Assembly (NCBI RefSeq): GCF_023055435.1
Contig: NW_025964001.1
Coordinates: forward strand, 20,088,001-20,152,000
DNA: 64,000 nucleotides
DNA from: Haliotis rufescens
Lineage: Eukaryota
Direction of reading: 5' to 3'
This document shows, one piece after another, positions 1 to 13,263 of the stretch; the stretch's first letter is position 1; each line of letters opens with the position of its first letter. Position numbers and translations under genes: made by a program. The notes under the pieces are model-generated. The model was not told the origin of the DNA. It made no database searches and saw only the letters and a list, made by a program, of their open reading frames with translations.

Positions 1-1879
1 CTTCTGCCTCTGGCAGTTTTGACACGGCAGCTCCGGCTATGGCATTGATTTGGATTGTGTATTTTGACCGAAGATACTTTATCATCTTTTGTTGTCCCCT
101 CTGCAACTTTGCGAAATATTACACTTCTGCCCAGACAGGTTTTAGCAAATGGCTACAAATCTACATAAAGCCTTTTGGTCCTTTCGCCGGTTACGTGACT
201 GATTACAGTCGCCTCGCTTTGTGTTGGCTGATGCAGGTACTCATGGCCTATCGACTTATGCGCCTGTATCAAATTCTGTATTTAAAAATGGCAGACATTA
301 CAGACTGTCATGTTGTGTGGGCAACTATTGATGCCAACTGTGCCAGACGAACAGGTATATATTTTCACCTAATCATGCTAAGTTATTATAAATTTATTGA
401 AATGTAGAAATCTGTGTAGTGAACTCTCTTCCCTCTTCAGAATGAGCTGGCAGTGTTGGAACTGATGCAGAATATCTTGGAAACTCTGGACCAGTATTTT
501 CAGAAAGTTGTAAGTGGTTCTAATGTTTGTCATATGAAGAAGTCTTACCCAGATATCCAGGTTGAATACAAAGTATTGCAGTTCACATAACTTCACAAGG
601 AGTATGATGAATAGCCTTTATTGGTAATGATATGCTCACCATGATTATGTCTTTATGAATATTGGCTTCTAGAGTTGGAATTGTGTGATCATGATTCTTG
701 GATTCAGAGATCATGTTTTTGAATTCTACCGGTGTATCATGAAATAATTCAAAGCTTTTCTGGCTCTTGCAAGAGTGAACTCCAATTTTTAGCTATTTCC
801 TTCAACCGAAACAATAAATTCACGTAAAGTATTTTGATTATTACTACAGGTAACTTTTCTTACTATTGCATTAAGTATGTTCAAGTTCCTTAAAATATTT
901 AGTTATATTGTTTATATTTACCTGGAAGAGCTTGTGTTTATTAAGGTTGAATCCTAGCTTTGCATTTGTGTGGTTCACACCCAGTTAACTTTGTTTTGCA
1001 GCTCTGAATGAACATGTACCCGTTGCGCTACAGTGTCTAAAATCTGATCTTTTCTTCTGTTTCAGACCGAGGTAGATGTATCCTTGCAAACCAAAATCTG
1101 GCCCAATAGCCTATTTAATAACAAGTCCTTACCTGGTGTCTGGCTTCATAATGTACACTTATGACAGTAAACACATAAACATGTAAACATAAGGCTTTTC
1201 TGATGGAGGAACACAACACCACATTGTTTGAAAGACAAACAACAAACAGGGCTAACAATAATAGTTTGAGTCATTGAGTAGTTACTCAAATATTTCCCAT
1301 CACACTGGGTATTGGTACTTTGGTTTGGGTATTCAATATTATGTTTCTCCCATGAGTCAAGTCTTATTGGGTATTTTGTTACCAATTAATAGACCTTTTT
1401 TTGAAAAAATATGTTTGAGCTTAAAATGTTTAAGACGACTTCTAATTTGCCTCTAATAATGTGCTATCCCAAGTATGTCACATGTTGCATGGTAATTACT
1501 CAGTGTTGTTATAATTTTGGTTTTGGGAATTATTCATGCATATTTGTATGCAAGCAACTCAAGAATAATTGGGTTATGCTGATTTATTTTACAGATTTTA
1601 TGCAAATACGCTGCTTATCTTTAGCTTTGAATAAACTAGTTTAAGCTTAGGCAATGTTAATGAATAAAACAAATCTTTGCATATAGGACTAACAATATGC
1701 ATTGTGATTCGATATATCTCGACAGTAAGGTCATGATTTGATACACGATGCAATTCCTGAAAACTCTACACTTGGCTCGTGCAGGAATCATCTTCATCAT
1801 CAAAAGAAATGAAAAGTAGCCCTATGCCAAATAAGACATTTAGTGAGGGGGAATTGAATTTGAAATTTATTATTATTAT

Positions 1880-2677
1880 TATTATCCCCTGCCACAAAGT
1901 GGAAGGGGGATATAGGAATGGGTGCCGTCCTTCCGTCCGGCCATCCAGCCGTCCGTCACATTTAGTTTCCAGAGCAGATCTTGAAAACCGTACCATATTT
2001 CTTCACCAAACTTGGCACATAGATAGATCTAGTGGTGATATGGTGCCTTTTGATTGTTTGGGATTTTAAAAAAAATTACTTTTCGAGTTTCCATGGCAAC
2101 GACTTTGATTTAGACTGAAAATGGCGGTAGTCCTCGTTTCCGGAGCAGATCTTGAAAACCGTACAAAATTTGGCACATAATGTCATCTCACAGTATTGAA
2201 TACATTTCCTTTCTTGTCGGTAAGTTCTGCATTGCTTGAGTGTATGTTCCTCCAAAAGTGTCATGGACACAGTTGTTGCATTCACTGACCAACTTCATAC
2301 AGAAACACAACTCATTACAAATACAACAGTGTAACTGATCTTAAACCTACTCAACTGTATAAACAATATATATTCTTGTCAACCATATTCTGTACTTCAC
2401 TTGCTTGATAATGGTGTTAGAACCTACACCGAAACCATCGCTCCTAATTGTAATAAATAAAGAAGTTGTTCGTCCATATGTCTTATCCTTACTCATTACA
2501 AATTCAGTAACATATTCTATCATAAACTGCAGATGGAAAAACAACACCAGTAATAACTTTTTTTTAGTGCTGCAATTAGGCCATTTACAAAAAGGCCCAG
2601 TGAACATAGTTCACAGGAGCTAATGCATTGCACACACCCAACATGTCATATTGGCGGGGGATGTGAGTATTTCATGC

Positions 2678-2682
<5 letters not shown>
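1880..2682 (+). mobile_element. HINE/pearl-type element
   Basis: TTATCCCCTGCC..GGGGGATA subterminal inverted repeat, (CCGT)n, internal ~170-bp repeat, 3' GGCGGGGGAT..CTTGTT; related pieces at about 54643-54945 and 60330-61060. Confidence 0.7.
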
Positions 2683-2709
<27 letters not shown>

Positions 2710-2784
2710 TTAATCCAAAACATTCTTTAATTTGACTTTTTAAATGAAGTTGTGGTATGAGGTAAGCATACTTGAACATCAAAA

Positions 2785-3316
2785 CGTCCGCCTCTGTGGT
2801 CTAGTGGATAGGGCATCTGCCCAGAGAGCTGAGGTCGGGGGTTAGCAACACTATATAATACAGATTACTACAGTGAATTTGCATTAAATTTTCATAATTT
2901 TAGCAAATTTTGATTTGACGGTATCAAAGTAGCTTTAGGACATTTTGGTTGACAATGTACTAGAAAAAATAAAATGATCTAAAATCCTGTTATTTAATAC
3001 ATCCTTTCCAAAGCCAGATCTTGATCATATGTTTGCTAGTGGTAGAGCGGAAAGAAGACGATGGTACGTTTTACCCTTACTGGCACTCGGCATTAAGGAG
3101 GCCACAAGGACTTGTCAGCTCTGAGTCAGTATACTTTATCTGAGGAGGGTATTCATGTTAAACTGCAGCATTGTATCTCAGTGGGCTAGCACCATAAAAT
3201 CGGCACTAGTCCGGGCAACTACAAAAGGGCACACACACATACACAAAGGTGCATGCATGTCGCTGTATATAAGTGCAACAATCTTGAACGTGACTTACAA
3301 CCCCTTTTCACCTCAG
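2785..3316 (+). mobile_element. tRNA-headed SINE (family B) with an internal interruption
   Basis: A-box head TGGTCTAGTGG, CACCT tail, 14-bp TSD CTTGAACATCAAAA at 2771-2784 and 3317-3330; its 3' end recurs inverted at 12281-12356. Confidence 0.75.
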
Positions 3317-3749
3317 CTTGAACATCAAAATATTTGAGGCCTCAAGGTGACATTGATAAACTTTGCCTTAACACTGTAACCAGATTGTGTCAAATACAGA
3401 ACGCGTACACATGGTGCTGGATGAAATGATTGTCAGTGGGTATGTTGGAGAGACAAGCAAAGTGAGAGCTCTTGTACCATTGCAGTTACTGGACGCATCC
3501 AAGAAGTGACCACATCTTCCTCTTCAGTTACTGGACACATTCAAGAATTTAAGTTATTCCAAGCATGGGCTTATGTGCAATACATTCACTTGCAAATGTC
3601 AGGCAAGGAGAAAGTTGGCACCTGTGGCACACCTTCACAATTGCTGGAACTATTGTTCACAAATGACCAGCTGGTTGATGGAGTATAAACCAGTGATGAA
3701 AATGTTGCTTTTTTAGATTCTAATTTGTTAACATTAACAGGGAAAGATT

Positions 3750-4227
3750 CAATCTCATTAAAATCAGACCTTAGTTCTCACTACCGCTAAACAAAGATCT
3801 GAAGACATCCCATTAGGGGCCACGTCAGAACGACCTTTCATCTGACCAATGAGAGCGTCGCTTACCAGATCAAGAAAGTGGCAGTCGGAATGTGATTTCT
3901 AATCATACAACCTCGAAAACTTTAACACGTGTATTCCGAATGATAGTTACAGGTTTAACAACTGAATCCATACAATCTAGACCATCTATTAGCCATTCCA
4001 GAGTGTTCTTTTGTTTAGGTTTCAAATTTGTAATCGAGAATTTGTCAAAATATGTTTCGAAGCGTAGTCGCCAATTTGAAATTAGTGCCGTGAAGCAAGA
4101 GAAAGCTGCCTTCTGATTGGTCATTCTTTTGGTCGGTCAAAGGTCGGTCTGACGTGACCCGTAATGGGATCTACTCAGATCTTTGTTTAGCGGCAGCCAG
4201 AACTAATGTCTGATTTTAATGAGATTG
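3750..4227. mobile_element. Foldback MITE with long TIRs and 9-bp TSD (Mutator-like by TSD length)
   Basis: About 90-bp imperfect TIR beginning CAATCTCATTAAAATCAGAC; TSD GGAAAGATT at 3741-3749 and 4228-4236; relics at about 26850-26934 and 39755-40150. Confidence 0.85.
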
Positions 4228-4624
4228 GGAAAGATTGGGACCTTATGAAAAATGTGTTTTGGCAAAAGACATGAGTCCTGGTTTTTTATGGGGGAAAAAT
4301 ATGGATCTCTGTGAACTGTTTGGCCATTGTTTATGAAATCACAGTTACACTGTAAGCTGGTCAATGTGCCAGGCTTTGTTGGTGATTAAATTGTTTTCCT
4401 GGTCAAGATGCAATTATCCACCAATGTTGTATGTTGAGACATGATGACATTTCTTCAAATAGTTATTAAGGGGTTTGAAAGGATCAGAAGGTTATGCAGA
4501 TATTGTCAGTGTGTTTGATGTTGATATGCATGAAGGAATGTCATATAAATTATTTCCTCCATTAAAATTATTTATGCATCTTGTACCGTTTCTTTTTTTT
4601 CATGACAAGAATTTGAAGATAGGT

Positions 4625-4830
4625 CCCATGGGCTTGTTGGATGCGAACCCCGGTTCGCCACGATTATGTTTCTTGGTTCGTCAGCACCATACCTGTGCTC
4701 ATGGGTTTCACCAAAGTGGTAAACGTCTGAGACCTGCAACACTTCGGGCTTTCCTCCCACATTAGGCTGACACGCCGTGATATAACTGGAATACTGTTAA
4801 AAGCGGCATTAAACCTGACTCACTCACTAC
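4625..4830 (+). mobile_element. SINE (family C); second copy at about 31400-31612
   Basis: Shared GGTTTCACCAAAG..CGTCTGAGACCTG..TTCGGGCTTTCCTCCCACA body, tail GGAATACTGTTAA..CTCACTCACT. Confidence 0.7.
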
Positions 4831-4859
4831 GAGGGTTGAGTGATAGGTTCTGAGCCTCA

Positions 4860-5335
4860 CGTAGAAGGAATTGCGTAATACTGATATATTTCGATGCACG
4901 AATACCATAGAGTTATATCCACACACACAACATGTCTCACGATAATCTAACTGTTTGAAGCCCACCCAGTAGGTTCTTACAACAATTTGTCACTAGATAT
5001 GAAAAGTGGGTTCACCACTTCCAGCCCGAGTCCAAACATCAATCAAAACAGTGGAAGCATTTGGCATCACCACCACCGAAAACTGGCAAAGACATCAGCT
5101 GGAAAAGTTATAACAACCTTATGTCAAAAGTCATGGCATTACTGGATGAGATTAAGACCAAGAGACGTAGGAAGCTGCCAAAGGTGTGCTCTTCTATCAG
5201 GACATTGCGCCAGTGAACAGATCAGGCATTGCCATGGCTGTAACCAACGAGTGTGGCTTTGAACTCCTCCAGCACCAATCGTATTCTCATCTGGCTCCGT
5301 CAGACTTCCATGCACCTGTTCCAAAACATGAAGAA
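4860..5335 (+). mobile_element. Decayed mariner transposase fragment
   Basis: SAGKV and YS(P)HLAPSDF..LFQNMK remnants with many frameshifts. Confidence 0.7.
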
Positions 5336-5402
5336 AGTTCTAACCTATGTATCAATGTATGTGTGGTTCTCAAATTATACAAAGTTTTCTTGTACTATTA
5401 TA

Positions 5403-6817
5403 TACCCACACGCAAAGAAACGCAAGTGGTTTAAGCAAATAGGTAACAAACACGGAACCATAAATTGATACGAGTTTTAGCATGTAGTGAGGCCTGATGG
5501 TGTTATCAATATTTTTTTTGTTGCATTTTGGAAGCCCCGAGTAAAAACGCAACATAAAAAACGAATCGCCAAAACGCACCATTTCAATGAATATGTGGGT
5601 ATCATGCACCCATTTCTCGCGAAATCGAAAATGCACGAACTGTCACGAACTGTAGTGGGTATAAAACTCTGGCCGATTCTTGGACCTACCACCCCTTGGT
5701 CCGTCATTTCAACGTTAACATAACCACAATTTACCGTATCCTGCATCGATACAATGCTACACAGACCACAGATGACCTTCCTCGGAGCGGTCGTCCTAGG
5801 GTGACCACACCTCGACAAGATCGGCAGATTACCCGTCAACACCAGCGACATCCGTTCCTAACTGCAAGTGAAAGTGCTCGACAGACCATAAGAACACATG
5901 ATCGACACATTAGCCGGGACTCTGTGATCCGACGTCTCCGTTCCAACAACCTCAGATGTCGCCGACAAGCACGACTTCAGTTGGCACAGGGTCATCGCAA
6001 TTGGCGTCATCGTGAGTGGAGGCGTGTCATCTTCTCTGATGAAAGTCGCTTTTGTGTCTCCCATGCAGACGGAAGAGTCAGAATGTGGCGGCGTCGAGGT
6101 GATCGTTTCGCTGACAGAGACGTTGTGGAAAGGGATCCATGGGGTGGACCTAGCGTCATGATATGGGCAGGGATTGGAATTTATGCGAGACTTGGACCTA
6201 TGTGCTTTCTGAATGTTGGTCAAGGTCGGGGACACGTCGTCACTGCTCAGCGGTATATCGACCAAGTGATCAGACCCCACGGTGTTCCATTTTTGCACAT
6301 CAACAACACATTTTCCAGCAGGACAACGATCGTCCCCATGTTGCCAGAGCTACCATGGCCTTTCTGCAACAACACAACATCCGTGTTCTACCGTGGCAAG
6401 CCCTCAGCCCTGATCTGAACCCCATCGAACACTTGTGGGATGAGGTTCAAAGGCGTCTGCACAACGTGCGCCCAGTCCCGACAACTGCCGATGAACTTCA
6501 CACAGCTGCTCTGGATGTATGCATGTAGGGTCTTCACAAATCGTCTGATCCACTCAGTGTACAAGAGATGTGTGGCAGTGATCGATGCTAATGGTGGTCA
6601 CACCAGGTATTGACTGACATTTTGGGTATTGACTCGAAACTGTGTAAGCCCTTAACATTTTTAAAAAAACAATTATGTCATCTGCCTTTTAATCCATTAA
6701 ACTGTCTTTAGTCAATTTTTTGTCAATCTCGCCCTATTAGTATTTCTTGTCTTTACTGTTGAAAATAAATAACATGTATACTGCATACTCGACTTGCGTT
6801 TCTTTTGCGTGTGAGTA
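5403..6817 (+). mobile_element. Tc1-family (DD34E) DNA transposon, frameshifted, copy 1
   Basis: TIR TAC(C/T)CACACGCAAA(A)GAAACGCAAGT at both ends in TA context; GRPR linker, FSDESRF, QQDN..H, SPDLNPIE with 34 residues between D and E; ORF split between 5696-6418 and 6163-6528. Confidence 0.93.
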
Positions 6818-7149
6818 TATATATATATGTCCTTTTAAAACCTAAACGTCTATTAAATCCGCTACACTGGTATCCCGTGCATGGGGCGAATAGGTCCTCA
6901 CTAGCTTAGGTTTGTCTAAGCGTCAACTGTGTGGTCAGGCTTATTGTGTGTTGTCATATCTGGATGTGGATTGTTGCCAGTGGTTTCATGAATTGGTTCG
7001 TCAGACTCGGGTCCAATTATGTACAGGGCATCGTTGTATGACTTATGTGTGAGTAGGCGGAAGTTAAGAGGGTTTTATAGCACTTTTAGCAATATGTATC
7101 AATGTATGTGTGGTTCTCAAATTATACAAAGTTTTCTTGTACTATTATA

Positions 7150-8561
7150 TACCCACACGCAAAGAAACGCAAGTGGTTTAAGCAAATAGGTAACAAACAC
7201 GGAACCATAAATTGATACGAGTATTAGCATGTAGTGAGGCCTGATGGTGTTATCAATATTTTTTTGTTGCATTTTGGAAGCCCCGAGTAAAAACGCAACA
7301 TAAAAAACGAATCGCCAAAACGCACCATTTCAATGAATATGTGGGTATCATGCACCCATTTCTCGCGAAATCGAAAATGCACGAACTGTCACGAACTGTA
7401 GTGGGTATAAAACTCTGGCCGATTCTTGGACCTACCACCCCTTGGTCCGTCATTTCAACGTTAACATAACCACAATTTACCGTATCCTGCATCGATACAA
7501 TGCTACACAGACCACAGATGACCTTCCTCGGAGCGGTCGTCCTAGGGTGACCACACCTCGACAAGATCGGCAGATTACCCGTCAACACCAGCGACATCCG
7601 TTCCTAACTGCAAGTGAAAGTGCTCGACAGACCATAAGAACACATGATCGACACATTAGCCGGGACTCTGTGATCCGACGTCTCCGTTCCAACAACCTCA
7701 GATGTCGCCGACAAGCACGACTTCAGTTGGCACAGGGTCATCGCAATTGGCGTCATCGTGAGGAGGCGTGTCATCTTCTCTGATGAAAGTCGCTTTTGTG
7801 TCTCCCATGCAGACGGAAGAGTCAGAATGTGGCGGCGTCGAGGTGATCGTTTCGCTGACAGAGACGTTGTGGAAAGGGATCCATGGGGTGGACCTAGCGT
7901 CATGATATGGGCAGGGATTGGAATTTATGCGAGACTTGGACCTATGTGCTTTCTGAATGTTGGTCAAGGTCGGGGACACGTCGTCACTGCTCAGCGGTAT
8001 ATCGACCAAGTGATCAGACCCCACGGTGTTCCATTTTTGCACATCAACAACACATTTTCCAGCAGGACAACGATCGTCCCCATGTTGCCAGAGCTACCAT
8101 GGCCTTTCTGCAACAACACAACATCCGTGTTCTACCGTGGCAAGCCCTCAGCCCTGATCTGAACCCCATCGAACACTTGTGGGATGAGGTTCAAAGGCGT
8201 CTGCACAACGTGCGCCCAGTCCCGACAACTGCCGATGAACTACACACAGCTGCTCTGGATGTATGCATGTAGGGTCTTCACAAATCGTCTGATCCACTCA
8301 GTGTACAAGAGATGTGTGGCAGTGATCGATGCTAATGGTGGTCACACCAGGTATTGACTGACATTTTGGGTATTGACTCGAAACTGTGTAAGCCCTTAAC
8401 ATTTTTAAAAAAACAATTATGTCATCTGCCTTTTAATCCATTAAACTGTCTTTAGTCAATTTTTTGTCAATCTCGCCCTATTAGTATTTCTTGTCTTTAC
8501 TGTTGAAAATAAATAACATGTATACTGCATACTCGACTTGCGTTTCTTTTGCGTGTGAGTA
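7150..8561 (+). mobile_element. Tc1-family (DD34E) DNA transposon, copy 2
   Basis: Near-identical to copy 1, with an extra 2-bp deletion near 7760. Confidence 0.93.
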
Positions 8562-8789
8562 TATATATATATGTCCTTTTAAAACCTAAACGTCTATTAA
8601 ATCCGCTACACTGGTATCCCGTGCATGGGGCGAATAGGTCCTCACTAGCTTAGGTTTGTCTAAGAGTCAACTGTGTGGTCAGGCTTATTGTGTGTTGTCA
8701 TATCTGGATGTGGATTGTTGCCAGTGGTTTCATGAATTGGTTCGTCAGACTCGGGTCCAATTATGTACAGGGCATCGTTGTATGACTTA

Positions 8790-8950
8790 TGTGTGAGTAG
8801 GCGGAAGTTAAGAGGGTTTTATACCACTTTTAGCAATATTCCAGCCATATCAGGTTTGGGGAATGTTTTCACACATTGTATCCATATGGGGAATCGAACC
8901 CGGGTCTTCCGCGTGACGAGCCATCGCTTTAACAATTAGGCTTCCCCATT
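8790..8950 (-). mobile_element. tRNA-derived SINE (family A), degenerate
   Basis: GGAATCGAACCCGGGTCTTC B-box and family A body; its 3' part is duplicated at about 7048-7094. Confidence 0.75.
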
Positions 8951-9451
8951 GACTCCCAATGGTTTAAACAAATACAACCAACAAAATAAAGTTTTGTAAA
9001 TGTATTATATTGACGAAAAAAGGTTTTATGTATACAGCTAATAAATAAATAATGGAGTTAATTTCAGCAATATGTTTTAAATGGACATATGCCTAAAACA
9101 CATTCTAAAAAGCGGTCTAAGGTTTGTTTGGTTTACACATGTTGACAACAAGCACGGTGTTCACATGGTGCGTATGGTGTTCGCAATTCTATGAAGAACC
9201 TGAAACACACAAGCAAGCATTTAAGTTCAAGTCTATGCTGTTTAGTTAAAGCCCGAAGAATTTACAGATGTACATAAAACACATTAATGTCAATAGATTA
9301 AGCTAAGTATACACACGGACCTAAATTAGTTTATATAACACGTCCGTGGTATACATAACGTAAAATTTAGTTTTTGTTTATGTGAGACCAAAAGAACCTT
9401 TTTCTTAAGAACCCTCATAGTGTTAAGTTGGTTATCAATGAGGACAGGGAA

Positions 9452-10560
9452 CTATCCCAGGTTTTGGCGAAAAAACCCAATTACCTCGGAAAATCGATTC
9501 CAGAAAGATTCAGTTTTCTGACATTTCACTCCAGGGGTCATCTGTTTATCATCTTGGTCATCCGAGTGGTCATTGATGTCCTCGGTGTCCGGTGCTGGGC
9601 GACCAAACAGGCAGTACAGAAGATCGACAGGCTGCTGACCAAAGCCGTGGGCGTATGTGGGGTCGCTGGTGCAGCAACGAGCATGGACTAAAATGAAATA
9701 ATCAGTACATTTTATCAACATCTTCCAATTCATGGACAGTAACGCTATTTCAATATTATTGAGAAAGGAAAGGGTCACAAGGACCGCTGTTTGAACTGAA
9801 AGGAAACTACAGAATCTGACATACCATTTAACTTGAAGTCAGAATCGTCTATGCAATATCGTGAGATCGGCCATGGAGACACGCTGTCAAATAGATCGAC
9901 ATTTCTGTCCTTGTGGTTACAGAAAGTTTCCGAGCTAACCTGCACACTAGTTGCCATCATATTCGCCTCATGGACTTTATCCATCCACTCCTTCACCTTC
10001 TCATTGCCGCTAATTCGCTCCACCTCGACAACAACTCTCTCCTTTCTTGTATCTCTATGTCGTCTGCTTAGATTTTTCTTCACGGACTTTGACCTTCCAC
10101 TGTAGTCTGCCTCTTTCCCCGCAGCCAGTTTTAATCCATCTCCTAGCTGCCACCTCTTTCCTGCATCTCTGATCACATTATCATTCTTAGGTGCTCTCTG
10201 TCCATTTTTTCTTGCTTCATTTAAAGATACCCGTGTTTTCTCTGGAACAGCTGCCATCATGATCTTCCTTCTATCGTCCTTCACCATTTTCTCCTTCCTC
10301 TTCATGCTCTCCTCATACCTCGTCATTCTGTCCATCTCTTTCCTACTTCCTCTTGTCTTTCGTTCTCTCCCTTTCTTCATAATTCTCTCTGACTCTCCTT
10401 CACCGCCACCCACTTTCCTCGACTTTCCAAGTTGACAGTCTTTCATCCATTTCGGTAATGGTTCAAAGTCGTCAAGGGGTATGTAAAATATACGTGGCAT
10501 CCTATAACGAAGACATTGTTTGCATGTTAAATTGGCTATTCCTTGTTTGTAGCATGACAT
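9452..10560 (-). CDS. Two-exon orphan gene, about 323 aa (Cys-rich N-terminus, K/R/E-rich middle, amphipathic C-terminus)
   Basis: Exon 10560-9825, intron 9824-9688 (GTATGT...ttcattttAG), exon 9687-9452. The phase-1 splice joins the 261-aa and 108-aa ORFs into one frame, and the same intron is present in the paralog at 12875-13050. Confidence 0.6.
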
Positions 10561-12239
10561 CTTAGAAATGTATATTCATTGATATTCACTGGTTTCGCCT
10601 GCATTAATATGATAGAGTAGCTAATTTCAAATTTGCATGTTAAGATATTCTCTTTATGTCAAGCGTCATTAAGTTGTTCTTTTACGCTGTTTTCCGAATA
10701 GCCACAGCCATAATGATACCACGATAGGGGACACCAAGAAATTCTTTTGAGGGGTGACGCGCCAACGATTTAACTTGTTTTATAAAACTTGTTATATCTG
10801 TCATATATATATTATGAGTTGTGCCATACATGAATTACCAAAGTAAACCACAAGCAACAACTTGTTTATACTTGAAACGTGAGTGTGTTCTATGATTTTA
10901 ACACCCGCCTAAACAAATATAAAAAGTAATAAGAATAAAAATGGTGTTCAATGGTGTTGTGATTTCTTTCATCAACATAGCAATTAGTATATTTTTTGTT
11001 TGTGGTACGTATTTTTCAGCGACTTGATTCCATTATCTTTAAATTGAAGGCAGAAAAAAGCAGGACTACCAGCCATCACCGCGGGCGATTAATACTCTCA
11101 TGTATTGACATTAGTAAATTACGATTTACAATAGAAGTAACAACAAGTAAACTACTTACTTTACTGGCGAGGATGATACAGTTTGGACTTTAAATAACAC
11201 AAATACCCAATGGATCTTGTCCCCTGATATACACGATGTGTGCATCAACAGAACAATGAGAGACTCTCACCTAGCAACCGCATCCCATAATACTTACTGG
11301 GTGTGTTCCTGTGACGTCATATGGACTGTGACGACAGACAATTATGACGTCAACAGTAGAAATGGTAGTAGTAGACTGGTTCCCGTTCGTTCCTGCGATA
11401 GGCAATATGATATGAAAAACTGATCGGTAAGGTAGATTTTGTAGGCTTATAACTAACTGTAGATATATATTTTTAAAATTAAAGACAGGAATGACTGATT
11501 GATTTTCATTCTTTCAGTGTGTGTTTAAACTATGCGACCCCAGGCACACATTCGTGTTCGGCCTTCAACATAGCCATTGTTATGAAGAAAACATAGCGCG
11601 TTTGTTCCATGGGTCACCAGTTACTGGTACTTTGTAATGGATCATAGCCCTTAAGTCAGCAAAAGAGTCACATGTTTTTACCAAAGTCTTTTGCAACAAC
11701 TCATGATATGTGAGTTATCGTGATGTCATGGACTGTTTGTCTGTGACTATCCTCGCCTCAGAAACTCGTGGACTTCTCTCTCTGCAGACCTAGACTGACA
11801 TTTAGTCCCTGAAATAAAGTTTCAAATTTATAAATTTATGAAAAAATAAACTCCAAAAGGAGCCCAGAACAATGCTTAACAGACTGCCGTCATATAGCTG
11901 AGTGCTGAGTGCGGCGTTAAACAACGAACAAACAAACAAAGATGCCCCACCTCATTTCGGGCAACTGCTGTATGACTGTCATTTAAATGTTGATTTCAGT
12001 GAGGTTTTGATGTTTTCAATACATTTTACTTCATGCATATATCTTTTGTGGTTTTTAAATTAGAGTGATAAAAAATTATGGTAAAGATTCTTTTGGCCGT
12101 CATTTTAATAATTCTGGTCAGTTAAATAATTTTGGTCAAAGCATAAATTGTGATGCTTCATTGATTGATTTTGTTGTTTTGTTTCAATTAACTTCAGTAA
12201 ATCACAACACCGAGTCGTGTCATTGAAACGTGTGACGCA

Positions 12240-13263
12240 AGTTCCGAGATGCAAGAAAGGAGAGAGTTGTTGCGGATGTTAGGTGAGGTGAGGTGAAATT
12301 GGGTTTAACGTCGCGTCCAAGATTATTGCACTTATATAGCGACGTGCATGCACGTGTGTGGATGTTGGGCGATATAGCGGCAGGGAGAAGGTGAAGGAGT
12401 GGCTGGATAAAGTCCATGAGGCGAATATGATGGCCACTAGTGTCCAGGTTATCTCGGAATCTTTCTGTAAACACAAGTACAGGATTGTCGATGTATTTGA
12501 CAGCGTGTCTTCATGGCCGATCTCACGATATAGCGGGCACACGGGTATCTTCAAATGATGCAAGAAAGAATGGACAGAAAGCAGCTAAGAATGATAATGT
12601 GATCAGAGATGCAGGACAGGGATGGCAGCTGGGAGGTGGATTTAAACTGTCTCCGGGCAAAGACGCAGATCCAGCGGAAGGTCAAAATCCGTGACAAAAC
12701 ATCTGATCAGACGACATAGAGATGCAAAGAAAGAGGGACTTTGGCAACCTAGTGTCCAGATTAGCTCGGAATGTTTCTGTAGCCACAAAGACAGAATAGC
12801 CGACATATGTGTCAGTGTGTCTCCATGGCCGATCTCACAACATTGCATAGACGATTCTGACTTCAAGTTAAATGGTATGTCAAATTCTGCAGTTTCCTTT
12901 CAGTTCTAATAGCGTTTCTTGTTAACCTTACTTTTCTCAATAATAATAATAATAATAATAATTATAATAATTATAATAACAATAAAATCGCGTTACTGTC
13001 CATGAATTGGAACATATTGTTGATAAGATGTACTGATTATTTCATTTTAGTCCATGTTCGTTGCTGCACCAGCAACCCCACAGACGCCCTCCAATCGGCC
13101 TGTGAATCTTCTGTACTGCCCGTTTGGTCGCCCAGCACCTGACACCGAGGACATAAATGACCACTCGGATGACCAAGGTGATGAACAGATGACCCCTGGA
13201 GTGAAGTGTCAGAAAACTGAATCTTTCCAAGGTAATTATTTTTTTCGCCAAAAACTGGGATAG
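12240..13263 (+). pseudogene. Degenerate, internally rearranged inverted paralog of the 9452-10560 orphan gene
   Basis: Shares EKVKEWLDKVHEANMMATSVQV, DDSDFKLNG and RPAPDTEDINDHSDDQ; has frameshifts, an internal duplication, a SINE-tail insertion at 12281-12356 and no 5' end. Confidence 0.75.

Larger units (their letters stand above)
5346..8838. repeat. Direct tandem duplication, unit about 1747 bp
   Basis: 5346-7092 repeats at 7093-8838, including sequence outside the Tc1 TIRs. Confidence 0.93.

Noticed and set aside
39-407. 122-aa ORF at the window start
   Set aside because: No recognisable homology and truncated context; it cannot be supported as a CDS.
5696-8272. Active Tc1 transposase
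   Set aside because: Both copies lack a proper start, are frameshifted before the second catalytic Asp and end in a premature stop.
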